DNA of 57,968 bases from Coleofasciculus sp. B1-GNL1-01 (GCA_040220235.1 JAVJTO010000080.1); one strand, 5' to 3'. Counted from the stretch's first letter, positions 27,543-38,685 are shown. Notes: generated by a model from the sequence alone, not told the origin. Numbers and translations are program-made.

Positions 27543-30500
27543 TCATCGCATCCGATGCTGACAACGTTTGAGGTAATGTTGCGCCACTTTATCCTCTGGA
27601 TTAACCCGCAAACATTCACTAAACCGTTGAGCCGCATCTGAGAGGCGATCGCGATAATATAACATTAGCCCTTCCTCGAATGCCGTTTTCGTTGTCAGCT
27701 TTGCTTTTCGTATCTCCGGCGGATCAGCATCAAAGACTTCATAAACGGTTACTTTTTTAGCTTTTCCTTTCACATTCACCTTATCCACAAGACGCATCCC
27801 ATAATCACCGGGATTCGACAACCTCAAGAATGTATGGTGCGAGATTAATAGCCGTACTTGATAAATTTTCGTTAATTCTTCCAGGCGGGCGGCTAAATTC
27901 ACCGCATCACTAATCACCGTGCTATCCATACGGGAAAATCCACCCACGGTTCCCAGCATTAATTCCCCGGTATTAATCCCAATCCCAATCTCAATGGGTG
28001 CATAGTCATAATTAGCCCGATGTTGGTTATATAAATTAAGCCGATCAAACATGGCAATTCCCGCCTGCACTGCTTCATCCGCATTGCCACTAAACAGCGC
28101 CATTATTTCATCGCCAATATATTTATCGACAAAACCGTTATGTTCCCGAATCGCAGGTTCCATGCGACTTAAGAAGGCATTGATAAAATTAAAATTTTCA
28201 CTAGGATTCATCTGTTCCGACAGTGCTGTAAAGTTACGAATATCGGCAAAGAGAACAGACATTTCCTGTTGAACGTGATCCCCCAGTTGCACATCCACAA
28301 TACTTTTTTTCTGTAAAAACTGGAGAAATTGACCCGGAACAAACCGTTCGTAGGCTTGATTGAGTTGAAATAACTCACGAGTAAAGGCTTCCCGTTCCGC
28401 TTCCGCTTTTTTGCGATCGCGGATATCTTGAAAGGCAACCATCCCATAAGCCACTTCCCCCTGTTCCTCATAGATGGGAGTCCCCCACACCTCAATCGGG
28501 ATAACCTGATCCCCTCGGTGAATTTCAATATCATCAACGGTAGACGTTTTTCCCTGCAATGCCAGAAAAATAGGCATTTGGTTGGTGGGATAGAGTTGAT
28601 CCGTTCCGGTGCGATAGGCTTGATACAACTCAGCTAATTCTTCAACGGTAACAGCATCCACAATACCTTTGCCCAAAATCTGTTTAGCCGCTTCATTAGC
28701 ATAGTAGGGTTTGCCCTTGGCATCGAGGATAAAAATCCCCACAGGTACAGCATTTAAAAATTGCATCAATCTCCGCTCACTTTCCCGCACCGCTGCGTAA
28801 AGTTGGGCATTTTCTTTGGCAATTGTTGATAAACGTAGATGAGTTTTAATCCTGACTAAAAGTTTGTATTTGGCAATCGGTTTCGTCAAATAATCATTCA
28901 CGCCTACACTAAAGCCTGCCACTAAGTCATTCACTTGCTCGTTTGCCGTCAACATTAACACGGGCAGTTCAGTAGGGGGATAGAATTCACGCAGTTTTTT
29001 ACAAACATCATACCCAGTCATGCGGGGCATGATCGCATCAAGTAAAACTAAGTCAGGCTGAAAACCATTGTTAATGATATCTAACGCTTCCCTACCATTG
29101 GCGGCTTGGGCAAGTTGATAATTTTCTAAGGATAAATAGTTGACGAGTATCTGGCGATTCACTGCATCATCATCAACGATTAAAATCTTAAACGGGTTGA
29201 TTAAAGATTCGTCATCCTGGATATCTTGGTGTTGTTTTAGGGTTAAGCTAGGTTGATCAAGCGTCAGTAATAGGGGACAAGACGTACCGACACTAAGAGG
29301 TTCACTCACAAAGGAATTGGCACTGTAAACTGTCTTAGGTATTGTCACGATTGACTCAATCGGATCGGGCTTAACGTCTGGAATTTGTCCGTCAAAAATT
29401 GGCAACGTAAACGTAAACTGAGAGCCGACGCCTAAGGTTGATTGCACCTCAATCGTTCCCCCATGCAACTCCACTAGCTTTTTCGTCAGGGCTAACCCTA
29501 ACCCTGTACCGCCATACTGATGCCCTAGAAAACCCTGCCCTTGTTCAAAGGATTCAAAAATACGGTTTATTTGAGACTTGGGGATGCCAATTCCTGTGTC
29601 AGAGACAGTAATGGCTAGCATTTGGAATGTTGACCCTTCACTGGCTTCTAGGACATGGTTTGTCGGGGCGGGTTTAGGGATTGTGTTTTCGCTATTGATA
29701 GTAACGTTTGTACAAAATCCGTCCTGACTGGATGTTGACCCTTCACTTTGTTCGAGGACATAGTGTTGATCCTCCACTTCGCTTATAGGGAACCGGGTTT
29801 GTAGAGGCGGGTTGATAAAATTCGCGCCAGCCGTTGACGATAACGTTGATTCCAAAACCACGCTGACTACTCCTTCGCTGCGCTCAAGGACATGGTTTTG
29901 AGTTAACTCCTTCAACTTTACCTTGTCCCACTGCACTGCTGCACCTCTGCCCTCTAACTTCTGCCTTGAACTTACCAATTGAGCCGAAATTTTGACCGTT
30001 CCTTTATCAGTAAACTTAATCCCATTGTCCACTAAGTTTTGCAAAATCTGCTGCACCCGATTTTCATCCGCATAAGCGATAGGTAAGTCCGGAGAAATAG
30101 CATTAATCAGTTGTAACTCTTTATCACCAATCAGCGGATAACTGAGTCGGAGAACCACCTCCGTTATTTCTCGTACTCCCACGGGCTGTTGCTGGAGTTG
30201 AATGTCTTGGTGTCTGAGTTTGGCAAAATCGAGAATGTCATTGACTAAGTTGGATAAGCGCCGCCCGGTGGCGATAATTGTACCTAAATTGATCCGGGTT
30301 TGTAAGGGTAACTCTCCGGTAGCACCATCGATTAAGGATTCAGCAATGCCGACAATGCCATGGAGAGGAGTACGGAGTTGGTGGGAGGTATTCGCTATAA
30401 ATTCATCTTTGAGCTTGTCTAGGCGCTGCCAAGCGGCATTTTGATGGTCTTTGAATTCCAGTTCTTGGGTAAAACGCATCCGTTCTGCTTCGGCTTTTTT

Positions 30501-32204
30501 GCGATCGGTGATATCGTTAAGAACGGCAATGGCATAAATAATTTCACCCTGTTCATCAAGGATAGGTTTGCTCCACGTCTCAATCGGAATAATCTGGTCG
30601 TCTTGGTGAATTTCAATATTATGTACAATAGATCGTTGTCCCTGTAAAGCTCGAACAATCGGTAACTCTTCGGTCGGATAAAATTGATCGGTTCCGGCGA
30701 TATACCAGTGATGAACCGCACAAAAATTATCCGCGATCGCGTCTAGCGTAAACTCTTTCCCCATAAACCGTTGTGCCTTATCGTTGGTATAATGGAATTG
30801 CCCCTGAGCATCAACCACCACGATACCAACGGGTACGGTTTCTAAAATTTGAGCTAATTGTTTCTCACTTTTTGCCAATGCCTCATTCAAGCGGTTCATC
30901 TGATGATTCTGGCATTTGAGAGTGGCAAATGATTGGTTTAATTGATCCGCCATTTGATTAAATGCGGTGCTAAGACTACCCAGTTCAGTGTTACGATGAA
31001 CCTCAATTTTTTGCTCCCATTCCCCATTAGCAATAGCATTGGCGGCTTGATTTAAGCGCTGGATGGGTTGAATAATCCAGTGGGCGGTACCCACACCAAC
31101 TCCCGTGGCGATGAGTAATGCAACCAGACAGAGTAGGATTGTCGATTGCGTATTATCATGAATGTGATCCAAGAAGTCAGCTTCAGGGAGAACCACGACA
31201 ATTAACCAGTCTAATCCGTGGCTATCTTGTAAGGGCATGACTTGTAAAAATTGGTGCTGTCCTTGACGCTTAAATTCTAGGCGCTGGGACTCTTTAATTG
31301 CCTTGAAGTCGCCAAACTGTTGCGTTAAATAGTTGGCGCTGGCTTGAATTAAGGGGTCACGACTTTGGCTGGCGTTTAATCGGGTGATTTGAGTTTGGTG
31401 ATGTTGAAAGGGCGGTTCTGGGGTGGATGTGGCGACTAATAATCCAGAACGTTCCATAATAAACAGACGTCCCGATTTACCGATTTTTATCGTTTGCAGG
31501 AAATCGCTAATTGTGGAGAGACGTAGGGTGGTGTTTAAGACACCCTGAACCTGCTGATTGCTGTCGTAAACGGGTTGAATGGCGCTAATTAGCAACGTGC
31601 GATCGCCTTCGCCAAAAAGGGGGAAAATATCACTCCAGGTGGGTTTACCCGCTTGCAAGGCGGCTTTATACCAGGGTCGCAGCCGGGGGTCGTAGTTTTT
31701 GCTACTCTCGATCAGGGTCTTGCGATCGCCTTCACTGTGGGTGCTATAAGTATAGAAATCAAAATCTGTTGCAGGATTCGCTTGGATAATCACCAATTGA
31801 TCCCGATTTCGCCGTCCAGCCGCAATCAGTCCGCGCTGTTCATTCGCCACACCAACATAACTCACCGAATCAAATCGTTGCACTTGCCGCCACAAATGCT
31901 GTTCCCAGGGTTGTAAGTTATCTAGGGTCAAGCTTCCTAAGTGAATCACATCCTGATTACTCTGATTAATCTGATGGGGAATCGCTAAATATCGCTCCAA
32001 CCGATCCTCAATATGAACCGTAATTTCATCTTGCAATTGAGTTGATACCTCATTCACCGCCCGCTTTCCGTGGCGAAACGATAACCAGCCAATCACTCCG
32101 ACTGTGGCAAAAATTTGCACCAGAAAGGGGACTACGAATACCGTTCGTAGAGGCACATTTGTTAAACCGTTGTCAATTAGGCGCTTGAGAGATCGCATTG
32201 ACAT
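27543..32204 (-). CDS. Multidomain sensor: TM-Cache-TM-HAMP-PAS-HisKA-HATPase-REC-PAS-class III nucleotide cyclase
   Basis: YDPRLRPWY (Cache), SHQLRTP, NLVDNGIKFT, DTGIG, GTGLGL, REC DD..D..T..KP, FADIRNFT, KYIGD, DAVNLAAR. Confidence 0.93.
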   Translation of the reverse strand: MSMRSLKRLIDNGLTNVPLRTVFVVPFLVQIFATVGVIGWLSFRHGKRAVNEVSTQLQDEITVHIEDRLERYLAIPHQINQSNQDVIHLGSLTLDNLQPWEQHLWRQVQRFDSVSYVGVANEQRGLIAAGRRNRDQLVIIQANPATDFDFYTYSTHSEGDRKTLIESSKNYDPRLRPWYKAALQAGKPTWSDIFPLFGEGDRTLLISAIQPVYDSNQQVQGVLNTTLRLSTISDFLQTIKIGKSGRLFIMERSGLLVATSTPEPPFQHHQTQITRLNASQSRDPLIQASANYLTQQFGDFKAIKESQRLEFKRQGQHQFLQVMPLQDSHGLDWLIVVVLPEADFLDHIHDNTQSTILLCLVALLIATGVGVGTAHWIIQPIQRLNQAANAIANGEWEQKIEVHRNTELGSLSTAFNQMADQLNQSFATLKCQNHQMNRLNEALAKSEKQLAQILETVPVGIVVVDAQGQFHYTNDKAQRFMGKEFTLDAIADNFCAVHHWYIAGTDQFYPTEELPIVRALQGQRSIVHNIEIHQDDQIIPIETWSKPILDEQGEIIYAIAVLNDITDRKKAEAERMRFTQELEFKDHQNAAWQRLDKLKDEFIANTSHQLRTPLHGIVGIAESLIDGATGELPLQTRINLGTIIATGRRLSNLVNDILDFAKLRHQDIQLQQQPVGVREITEVVLRLSYPLIGDKELQLINAISPDLPIAYADENRVQQILQNLVDNGIKFTDKGTVKISAQLVSSRQKLEGRGAAVQWDKVKLKELTQNHVLERSEGVVSVVLESTLSSTAGANFINPPLQTRFPISEVEDQHYVLEQSEGSTSSQDGFCTNVTINSENTIPKPAPTNHVLEASEGSTFQMLAITVSDTGIGIPKSQINRIFESFEQGQGFLGHQYGGTGLGLALTKKLVELHGGTIEVQSTLGVGSQFTFTLPIFDGQIPDVKPDPIESIVTIPKTVYSANSFVSEPLSVGTSCPLLLTLDQPSLTLKQHQDIQDDESLINPFKILIVDDDAVNRQILVNYLSLENYQLAQAANGREALDIINNGFQPDLVLLDAIMPRMTGYDVCKKLREFYPPTELPVLMLTANEQVNDLVAGFSVGVNDYLTKPIAKYKLLVRIKTHLRLSTIAKENAQLYAAVRESERRLMQFLNAVPVGIFILDAKGKPYYANEAAKQILGKGIVDAVTVEELAELYQAYRTGTDQLYPTNQMPIFLALQGKTSTVDDIEIHRGDQVIPIEVWGTPIYEEQGEVAYGMVAFQDIRDRKKAEAEREAFTRELFQLNQAYERFVPGQFLQFLQKKSIVDVQLGDHVQQEMSVLFADIRNFTALSEQMNPSENFNFINAFLSRMEPAIREHNGFVDKYIGDEIMALFSGNADEAVQAGIAMFDRLNLYNQHRANYDYAPIEIGIGINTGELMLGTVGGFSRMDSTVISDAVNLAARLEELTKIYQVRLLISHHTFLRLSNPGDYGMRLVDKVNVKGKAKKVTVYEVFDADPPEIRKAKLTTKTAFEEGLMLYYRDRLSDAAQRFSECLRVNPEDKVAQHYLKRCQHRMR

Positions 32205-32705
32205 GAGAGTCGCTTGGAGATCGCTAAAGTTAAGGAAATAAACCCTACAGATTTAAAGCAGAATCTAGTCCTTTTTTATGCCGTTCAACCCCAATTAGCG
32301 ATGCACCCAATCTATTCAATCGATAAACGAGTTAAATAGGTTTAGGGAAAAACTTAAAAAAGATGTTTTTATTGAATTAGTATGGTTTTGCCAAACGTCT
32401 GAACAGCATTCACTCGACCTTCACGGCGAACGTTTCCCACCTGTCGCATTCACCGGAAAGCTTGACAGTTCAGCACTTTTGACTTTTGTACAGAACCTAG
32501 TTGCCTCTGTAGCTTTAAGGTAGCGATACTAGACAGAACTGAAGAATTCAATCCTTTTGCCTCTCTCGCTCAAAGTCCTTATTGTGTTATACTAACGTAT
32601 TACTTGTATTACAGCATTCCTATAATATGCCAATTCGCTGATATGAGCAACGTCCTAACGGTAGAGAAAATTCAATGTTGTCAGCTAGACCTGATTGAAA
32701 CGGAA

Positions 32706-33047
32706 GTAGGGGCGGGTTTAGGAACTCAATTGACGGGCAAATCAATAAATGTCATACAAAACCCGCCCTTCCTTCTTGCAAAGTAACCTAGCAAATCCTA
32801 TATCCCGCTGGGTTTCGCCGTCGCTGGGATTTAACCTGCAACTGACAACAGCCAATTCTATGTAGGGGCGGGTTTAGGAACTCAATTGGCGGGCAAATCA
32901 ATAAATGTCATACAAAACCCACCCTTCCCCCGTATTGAACCTAACCGATAACCTCAATCCCAAATCCACTCAGGGTTAAAAAAAGGGCGGGTTTCGTTGT
33001 CTTGTTTAAGGTGAGTCTACTCATTTAATCCCTAAACCCGCCCCTAC
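32706..33047. repeat. Three copies of the ~64-bp REP-doublet element (32706 and 32862 near-identical; 32984 inverted)
   Basis: Arms and 36-nt spacers read directly. Confidence 0.9.
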
Positions 33048-33135
33048 ATGATATGATAAATCTTTCAAAATTTTCAATTTTTTCCACCGACTTAGGGGAG
33101 TGGTTTCTATCAATCAAACACACCGATAACTATTA

Positions 33136-36100
33136 CTATTGACAACGGTTTAGATAGATGTTAGCCACTTGGTCTTGAGGATTGACCCGCAGCACCTCAG
33201 CAAAGCGTTTTTTCGCCTCAGCAAACGCCTTCATGTTATAAAAATACCAGGCTTCGGTAAAGGTTTGTAACGTGGCTAATTTAGCGGCTTTAATCTGAGG
33301 TAAATCGGCATCAAACACTTCATAAACAGTTACCAATTCCGATTTCCCCTTCACCTTCACCTTGTCAATCAGGCGAATCGCATAATTAGTCGGATCAGAT
33401 AAACGGGAAAACGTATGATGAGAAATTAATAAGGGGACTTGATAATATTTGGTTAACTCTTCAATGCGAGAGGCTAAATTAACCGCATCACTAATCACCG
33501 TGCTATCCATGCGCGAGACTCCACCAATGGTTCCTAGCATTAACCCTCCCGTATTAATCCCAATCCCAATCCGGATAGGAGGATAGCCAGAATTTTGTCG
33601 ATGTTGATTATAGATCCTCAGTTGTTGTAGCATAGCAATTCCCGCCTTAACTGCATCATCAGCCTGACCACTAAACAATGCCATAATTGCATCACCGATA
33701 TATTTATCAATAAAGCCATTATGGTCAGTAATCGCTGGCTCCATGCGCGACAAATAAGCATTAATAAACTTAAAATTGTCCTCCGGTGTCAGCGTTTCCG
33801 ATAATGTCGTGAAGGCGCGAATATCCGAAAATAGGATCGACATTTTCTGTTGAACATTATCACCCAACTGGACATCGACAATACTTTCCTTATCCAAAAA
33901 TTGGAGAAACTGACGCGGAACAAACCGTTCATACGCCTGATTCAGTTCTGCCAAACTGGTATAGAAACGGGCATTTTCAATAGATGTGGCGGCTTGCGCG
34001 GATAGGAGACGCAACAGTTCTAATCGGCTAGCTGTAAATGCTCCCGTCGTCAAATTATTTTCTAAATAGACAATTCCGCTGAGTTTTCCTTGATTAATCA
34101 ACGGCGCACAGAGAATTGACTTCGGTTGTTCTTGCTGAATATAGGCGTCTTGAGTAAATTGTCCCTCATTTAGGGCATCATTTAAGACAACAATTTCCTG
34201 AGTTCGAGCTACATAATTAATAATAGTAACCGATAAAATTTGACTTTCTTCAATGTCAGTCGATTGTAAAACCTGAACTTGATCGCATTCTGCATCAGGT
34301 TGACCGAGAGTATTCACCTGTCCCTCGGCTTCAATCCTTAATTTTCCTTTGCTTTCTAAAATAAGAAACCCTTTTTGCGCTCCCGCATTTTCAATTAAAA
34401 TTTTCATCAACGCTGCCAGTAATTTATCCAAGACAATCTCACCGGAAATCACTTGCGCGGCTTTCATGACGGTGTTTAAGTCAAGAAATTCTGAAGATTT
34501 ATTTCGACTTTGCGTCGTTGTTGTCACTATCGAACTTTTTTGGGACACTCCGCCTGAATCATTGCCATTGACTCGGGTAAATAGCCATTGGGGATAAGTT
34601 TCTTCCAACTGTTTAACTTTCGCCATTGCCCCCCACAGCGTATAAACATAGTGAGCTTTTTGTAAATAGTTTTGGGCAATTTCTTCCCGACTTAACCGTT
34701 GATAAAAGTGACTGGCTCGTTCATACGCCAAAGCTTCATCATGAAGATAGCCCTGTTTTTTTGCCCCCTGAATCGCCCGATCATAATACTCCATTGCTCG
34801 AATAGTTTTACCGCAAACTCCCGCCCGTTCAGCCTCTACTAAGTCATATTTATGCTGAAAGTTACAAGGCGCATGTTCCGCCCAGTTTCGCATCGTTTTT
34901 TGCTGTCTTGCTACTTTGCTCAGATATCGTCGGCGTTTGCTGGGACTTGCTGAATGACACACCGCTAACAGAACCAAAGACGAGTAGAAATTGGCTAAAA
35001 CACTATTTAATAAGCCTTTAACGCTTCCCTTATACTTTTCCGCCAAAAAAACTTGAGTTTCTGCTTCTTCATAGTTGTAAAATAAGTAATAAATGAATAA
35101 TTTCGCCCAATAAACGGATAAAATTGAAAGCTGATTATTCGCTTCTAATAAATCCGGCAGAACCTGGTCAAAAACAGTCAAGTCTAAATTTGGATACTGA
35201 TCAACCTCCATCAAGCATACCGATAAGTTCCGCCAAATCGTGATATAGTTAATCTGATAATCTTGTTTAAATTGATGATTTAATTCCAGGTGTTGGGCTT
35301 GTTTTGACTCGACCTCAGCTAAGGGAAGTCCGACGAAAAATGAATAGGTACAATAGTTGACGGTACAGTGACAAGCATATTCGATATCACCCTGTTCAAT
35401 CGCCCTTTGAATTGTATCGAGTAACGGATTAAGCGTTTTTCGGGCTGGTTCTTTCCAGGGGCGGACAAAGGCATTAAATTGCTGCTGAACTTTGGCTTGT
35501 ACATCTTTGGCATCAAAGCGCTCTAATAAGGTTAAGGCTAATTGACCAAAGCGATAGCCTTGATCAATTGTTTCTTGTTTGCCACACAACAGCAAACTAT
35601 AAACACTATAAGCATAAGCCGCTAGCGATGAATTTCCATAGCGAATACAGAGATTCACCATAGTGAAAATAAGCGACGGTAACAGAGATGGTTTGGCAAT
35701 ATAGGCAGGTGCCATAACGGACATCAAAATTCGCAAAGCTGCCAATTGAGTGGGTTTAGTCATGTCTGGCAAATCGGCTAATGCCTCAACCGTTTGATAA
35801 ACAGGAGGCGTTTTAGTTAGCGGTATTTCTAGTAGCTTTAAAACCTGCTTTGCTGTTTTGATAGCGGACAGCATTTGATTTTGAGAACTATCGAATAAAA
35901 TTTGAATTTCATAAACCTTAACCTTATGAATTAGAGTTTTCGCCTGGTTTAGCACAACATTGGTTAGGGTTTGGGCGGTTTCAAAATCAGTCAATAAATA
36001 TGCCACTTCGATGGCTTCCATAGACAAGTTTAGGCTCAACTCATACTGCGCCTGCCAACTGTCTGGAGGAAGAAGTTCTCGACCGATTGCCAAGTATTTC

Positions 36101-38601
36101 ATCGCCGCTTCATAAGCGGTTGCGGCTTTGGCTTTTTGACCTGCCCAAAGATTCAATTGAGCTAATTCATTCTGTTCTTCAGTAGACTGGATTAACTCAA
36201 TACTAATATTTAGATGATTGACAATATTAAAAAGAGCCTCTGACAACTGGTCTTCTGGCGTATTTCTCAGTAATAACTGACCCACCGTATGGTGAATCGC
36301 TTTGCATTCTTCTTGAGGAATCAAAGAATAAGCAGTGTCCTGAATTCGGCTGTGAACAAATTTGTATTGAATGGTAAAATTTTGATGTTCTATATCGCTG
36401 CTTAGTGAGGCAGGATTCGAGGCTAAATGTTGAGGTTTATGCAACAGAATTTCAGTAGTATTAGATGGACTGATTAACTTGTAGGATTCACCCAAAGGCA
36501 CAATCAATCCTTCAACAACTGCCTGCCATAACTGCACTGCTGTTTCGGACTGCGATTCGCCTAACGCTAAGGCTAATGGTTTGAGTTCAAAGGAATTGCC
36601 CAAACAAGCAGCAAACTGTAAAACCCGTTGCACGTTTGGCGATAAGGTTTGAATCTTATTGACTAGAATGGCGACAACATTATCAGTGAAATTTTGGGCT
36701 TGAATTTTGGCTATATCCCACTGCCACCTTCCCCCGGAAGAGTCAAAAGTGACGATTTTTTCTTGATACAAATATTTTAAAAACTCATTGATAAAAAAAG
36801 GGTTGCCGTCCGTTTTCAACTGGACTAATTCAGCCAGAGGCTGGGCATGATCAGGGGAACATTTGAGCGTTTCTGTTACCAATTGGATAATACTCATTAA
36901 TCCCAAAGGCGCTAAAACAATCTGATGGATAATTGTTCCGCTTGACCGGATAGCGTTGAATGTTAACCGTAAGGGATGGGATGCACTCACCTCATTATCA
37001 CGATAAGCACCAATAACAAACAGCCCCCCACTATGGGAATCAGCCTCACCCTGATTCGAGGAGTTCATCAACCATTCCATGAGTTTCAACGAAGCGCTAT
37101 CCGCCCACTGTAAATTATCGAGAAAAATGACTAACGGATGTTCAGGTTTGGCAAAGACGTGGATGAACTTTTGCAGAACTAATTTAAAGCGATTTTGCGA
37201 TTCTGTCGCGGGCAAACTGGCAACTGGAACGGGCTTACCTACAATCAGTTCAACTTCCGGAATGACATCAATAATAAGTTGAGCATTCACCCCTAAAGCG
37301 GCTAAGAGTTGCTTGCGCCATCGGCTTAGTTGGACTGTGGTTTCAGTTAACAACTGTTTGATTAAGTCTCGAAACGCTTTAATCACGGCTGAGTAAGGAA
37401 TATCCCGCTGATATCGATCAAATTTGCCGCGAATAAAATAGCCCCGCTGTTGAGTAATGGGTTTATATAATTCATGTACTAGCGCTGACTTCCCTATACC
37501 GGAATATCCAGATACAACCATCATCTCCTTGGGGGAGTTTCGATTGTGTAGGGGCGGGTTTAGAGAATCTTGTGTTGCCGCTGACGATAACTTTTGTTCA
37601 ACACCCGCCCTGATTGAGTTTGGCGTTGAGTCTCCGAATAAACTACGTCCAGTAACCCGAATAAAGGTGTCCAGTAAACTTTTAATTTCCCGTTCTCGAC
37701 CATAGAGTTTTTGGGGAATTTGAAATCGCTCAGAAACATCTTGGCGACCGAGGGAAAACAGTTCAATTTTTCCCTTGGTTTCTAATTGCATTAAACAAAT
37801 GGTTAAATCAGATTTTAGCCCCCAGGCACTTTGATAGCGATCTTCGGCATTTTTTGCCAATAATTTCATCACGATAGCAGAGAGGGCGGGCGGAATCTGC
37901 GGATTAATTTGGTGAGGCGGAATCGGTTCTTTCGCCAGATGAGAATGGACTAATTCTAGGGGATCTTCGGTTTCAAAGGGAAGGTGATGGGTTAGCAATT
38001 CATAAAACGTAACCCCTAAGGAATAAAAATCAGTACGATAATCCAGCGCCCGATTCATTCTCCCGGTTTGTTCCGGTGACATGTAGGCTAATGTGCCTTC
38101 TAAGACGGAGGGATTTTTCAGAATTGGGTTTTCTTGGGATAAAACGGTAGCAATGCCCAAGTCAATGATTTTCAGTTGTCCCGTTTCAGGATTAAAAACA
38201 ATATTGGCAGGGTTGATATCTTTGTGAATAATATGGGAAGCATGAATCCTGCCTAAGCTTTCTGTATTGCGAATGGCGATACTTAAGAATTCTTTGAGCG
38301 TAAATCCCCGGTTTTGGAGTAAGACTTTTAACGAGGAACCGCCAAAATCTTCAAAAATAATCACCAGGGTGGTTTGATGGGGTTCTAAGCTATAAGCCTG
38401 AACCACACCGCCAAAGTTGAGGGAGCGCGTGATTTGATATTCTTGTTGATAGCGGTTAATTTCTGCGGGCGTAGGATAATCTTGTTTGAGAACTTTGAGA
38501 ATCACCGACTGCTGATCCGATTCTCGGATACCACGATAGACTAAAGAGTTACTACTTTCATAGATTTGGGCAAGAATCCGACAGCCAGCGACGGTAACCA
38601 T
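33136..38601 (-). CDS. Ser/Thr kinase - AAA ATPase - helical - GAF - class III adenylate cyclase
   Basis: HKDINPAN, YMSPEQTGRMNR, GYSGIGKS, YLENN (GAF), FSDIRAFT, KYIGD, DAVNLASR. Confidence 0.94.
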   Translation of the reverse strand: MVTVAGCRILAQIYESSNSLVYRGIRESDQQSVILKVLKQDYPTPAEINRYQQEYQITRSLNFGGVVQAYSLEPHQTTLVIIFEDFGGSSLKVLLQNRGFTLKEFLSIAIRNTESLGRIHASHIIHKDINPANIVFNPETGQLKIIDLGIATVLSQENPILKNPSVLEGTLAYMSPEQTGRMNRALDYRTDFYSLGVTFYELLTHHLPFETEDPLELVHSHLAKEPIPPHQINPQIPPALSAIVMKLLAKNAEDRYQSAWGLKSDLTICLMQLETKGKIELFSLGRQDVSERFQIPQKLYGREREIKSLLDTFIRVTGRSLFGDSTPNSIRAGVEQKLSSAATQDSLNPPLHNRNSPKEMMVVSGYSGIGKSALVHELYKPITQQRGYFIRGKFDRYQRDIPYSAVIKAFRDLIKQLLTETTVQLSRWRKQLLAALGVNAQLIIDVIPEVELIVGKPVPVASLPATESQNRFKLVLQKFIHVFAKPEHPLVIFLDNLQWADSASLKLMEWLMNSSNQGEADSHSGGLFVIGAYRDNEVSASHPLRLTFNAIRSSGTIIHQIVLAPLGLMSIIQLVTETLKCSPDHAQPLAELVQLKTDGNPFFINEFLKYLYQEKIVTFDSSGGRWQWDIAKIQAQNFTDNVVAILVNKIQTLSPNVQRVLQFAACLGNSFELKPLALALGESQSETAVQLWQAVVEGLIVPLGESYKLISPSNTTEILLHKPQHLASNPASLSSDIEHQNFTIQYKFVHSRIQDTAYSLIPQEECKAIHHTVGQLLLRNTPEDQLSEALFNIVNHLNISIELIQSTEEQNELAQLNLWAGQKAKAATAYEAAMKYLAIGRELLPPDSWQAQYELSLNLSMEAIEVAYLLTDFETAQTLTNVVLNQAKTLIHKVKVYEIQILFDSSQNQMLSAIKTAKQVLKLLEIPLTKTPPVYQTVEALADLPDMTKPTQLAALRILMSVMAPAYIAKPSLLPSLIFTMVNLCIRYGNSSLAAYAYSVYSLLLCGKQETIDQGYRFGQLALTLLERFDAKDVQAKVQQQFNAFVRPWKEPARKTLNPLLDTIQRAIEQGDIEYACHCTVNYCTYSFFVGLPLAEVESKQAQHLELNHQFKQDYQINYITIWRNLSVCLMEVDQYPNLDLTVFDQVLPDLLEANNQLSILSVYWAKLFIYYLFYNYEEAETQVFLAEKYKGSVKGLLNSVLANFYSSLVLLAVCHSASPSKRRRYLSKVARQQKTMRNWAEHAPCNFQHKYDLVEAERAGVCGKTIRAMEYYDRAIQGAKKQGYLHDEALAYERASHFYQRLSREEIAQNYLQKAHYVYTLWGAMAKVKQLEETYPQWLFTRVNGNDSGGVSQKSSIVTTTTQSRNKSSEFLDLNTVMKAAQVISGEIVLDKLLAALMKILIENAGAQKGFLILESKGKLRIEAEGQVNTLGQPDAECDQVQVLQSTDIEESQILSVTIINYVARTQEIVVLNDALNEGQFTQDAYIQQEQPKSILCAPLINQGKLSGIVYLENNLTTGAFTASRLELLRLLSAQAATSIENARFYTSLAELNQAYERFVPRQFLQFLDKESIVDVQLGDNVQQKMSILFSDIRAFTTLSETLTPEDNFKFINAYLSRMEPAITDHNGFIDKYIGDAIMALFSGQADDAVKAGIAMLQQLRIYNQHRQNSGYPPIRIGIGINTGGLMLGTIGGVSRMDSTVISDAVNLASRIEELTKYYQVPLLISHHTFSRLSDPTNYAIRLIDKVKVKGKSELVTVYEVFDADLPQIKAAKLATLQTFTEAWYFYNMKAFAEAKKRFAEVLRVNPQDQVANIYLNRCQ

Positions 38602-38685
38602 AGGGGGAGATGGGGGGGAAACACCGAGAGGATTGGTTAAAGGGCTTGGTTACCAAGTTAAAGTAGGGGATTGGTAACCAAGCCC

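Noticed and set aside
32205..33135. Riboswitch or ncRNA in the 930-bp gap between the cyclase genes
   Set aside because: Only REP-like elements were recognisable. An Infernal/Rfam scan would be needed to exclude an RNA.
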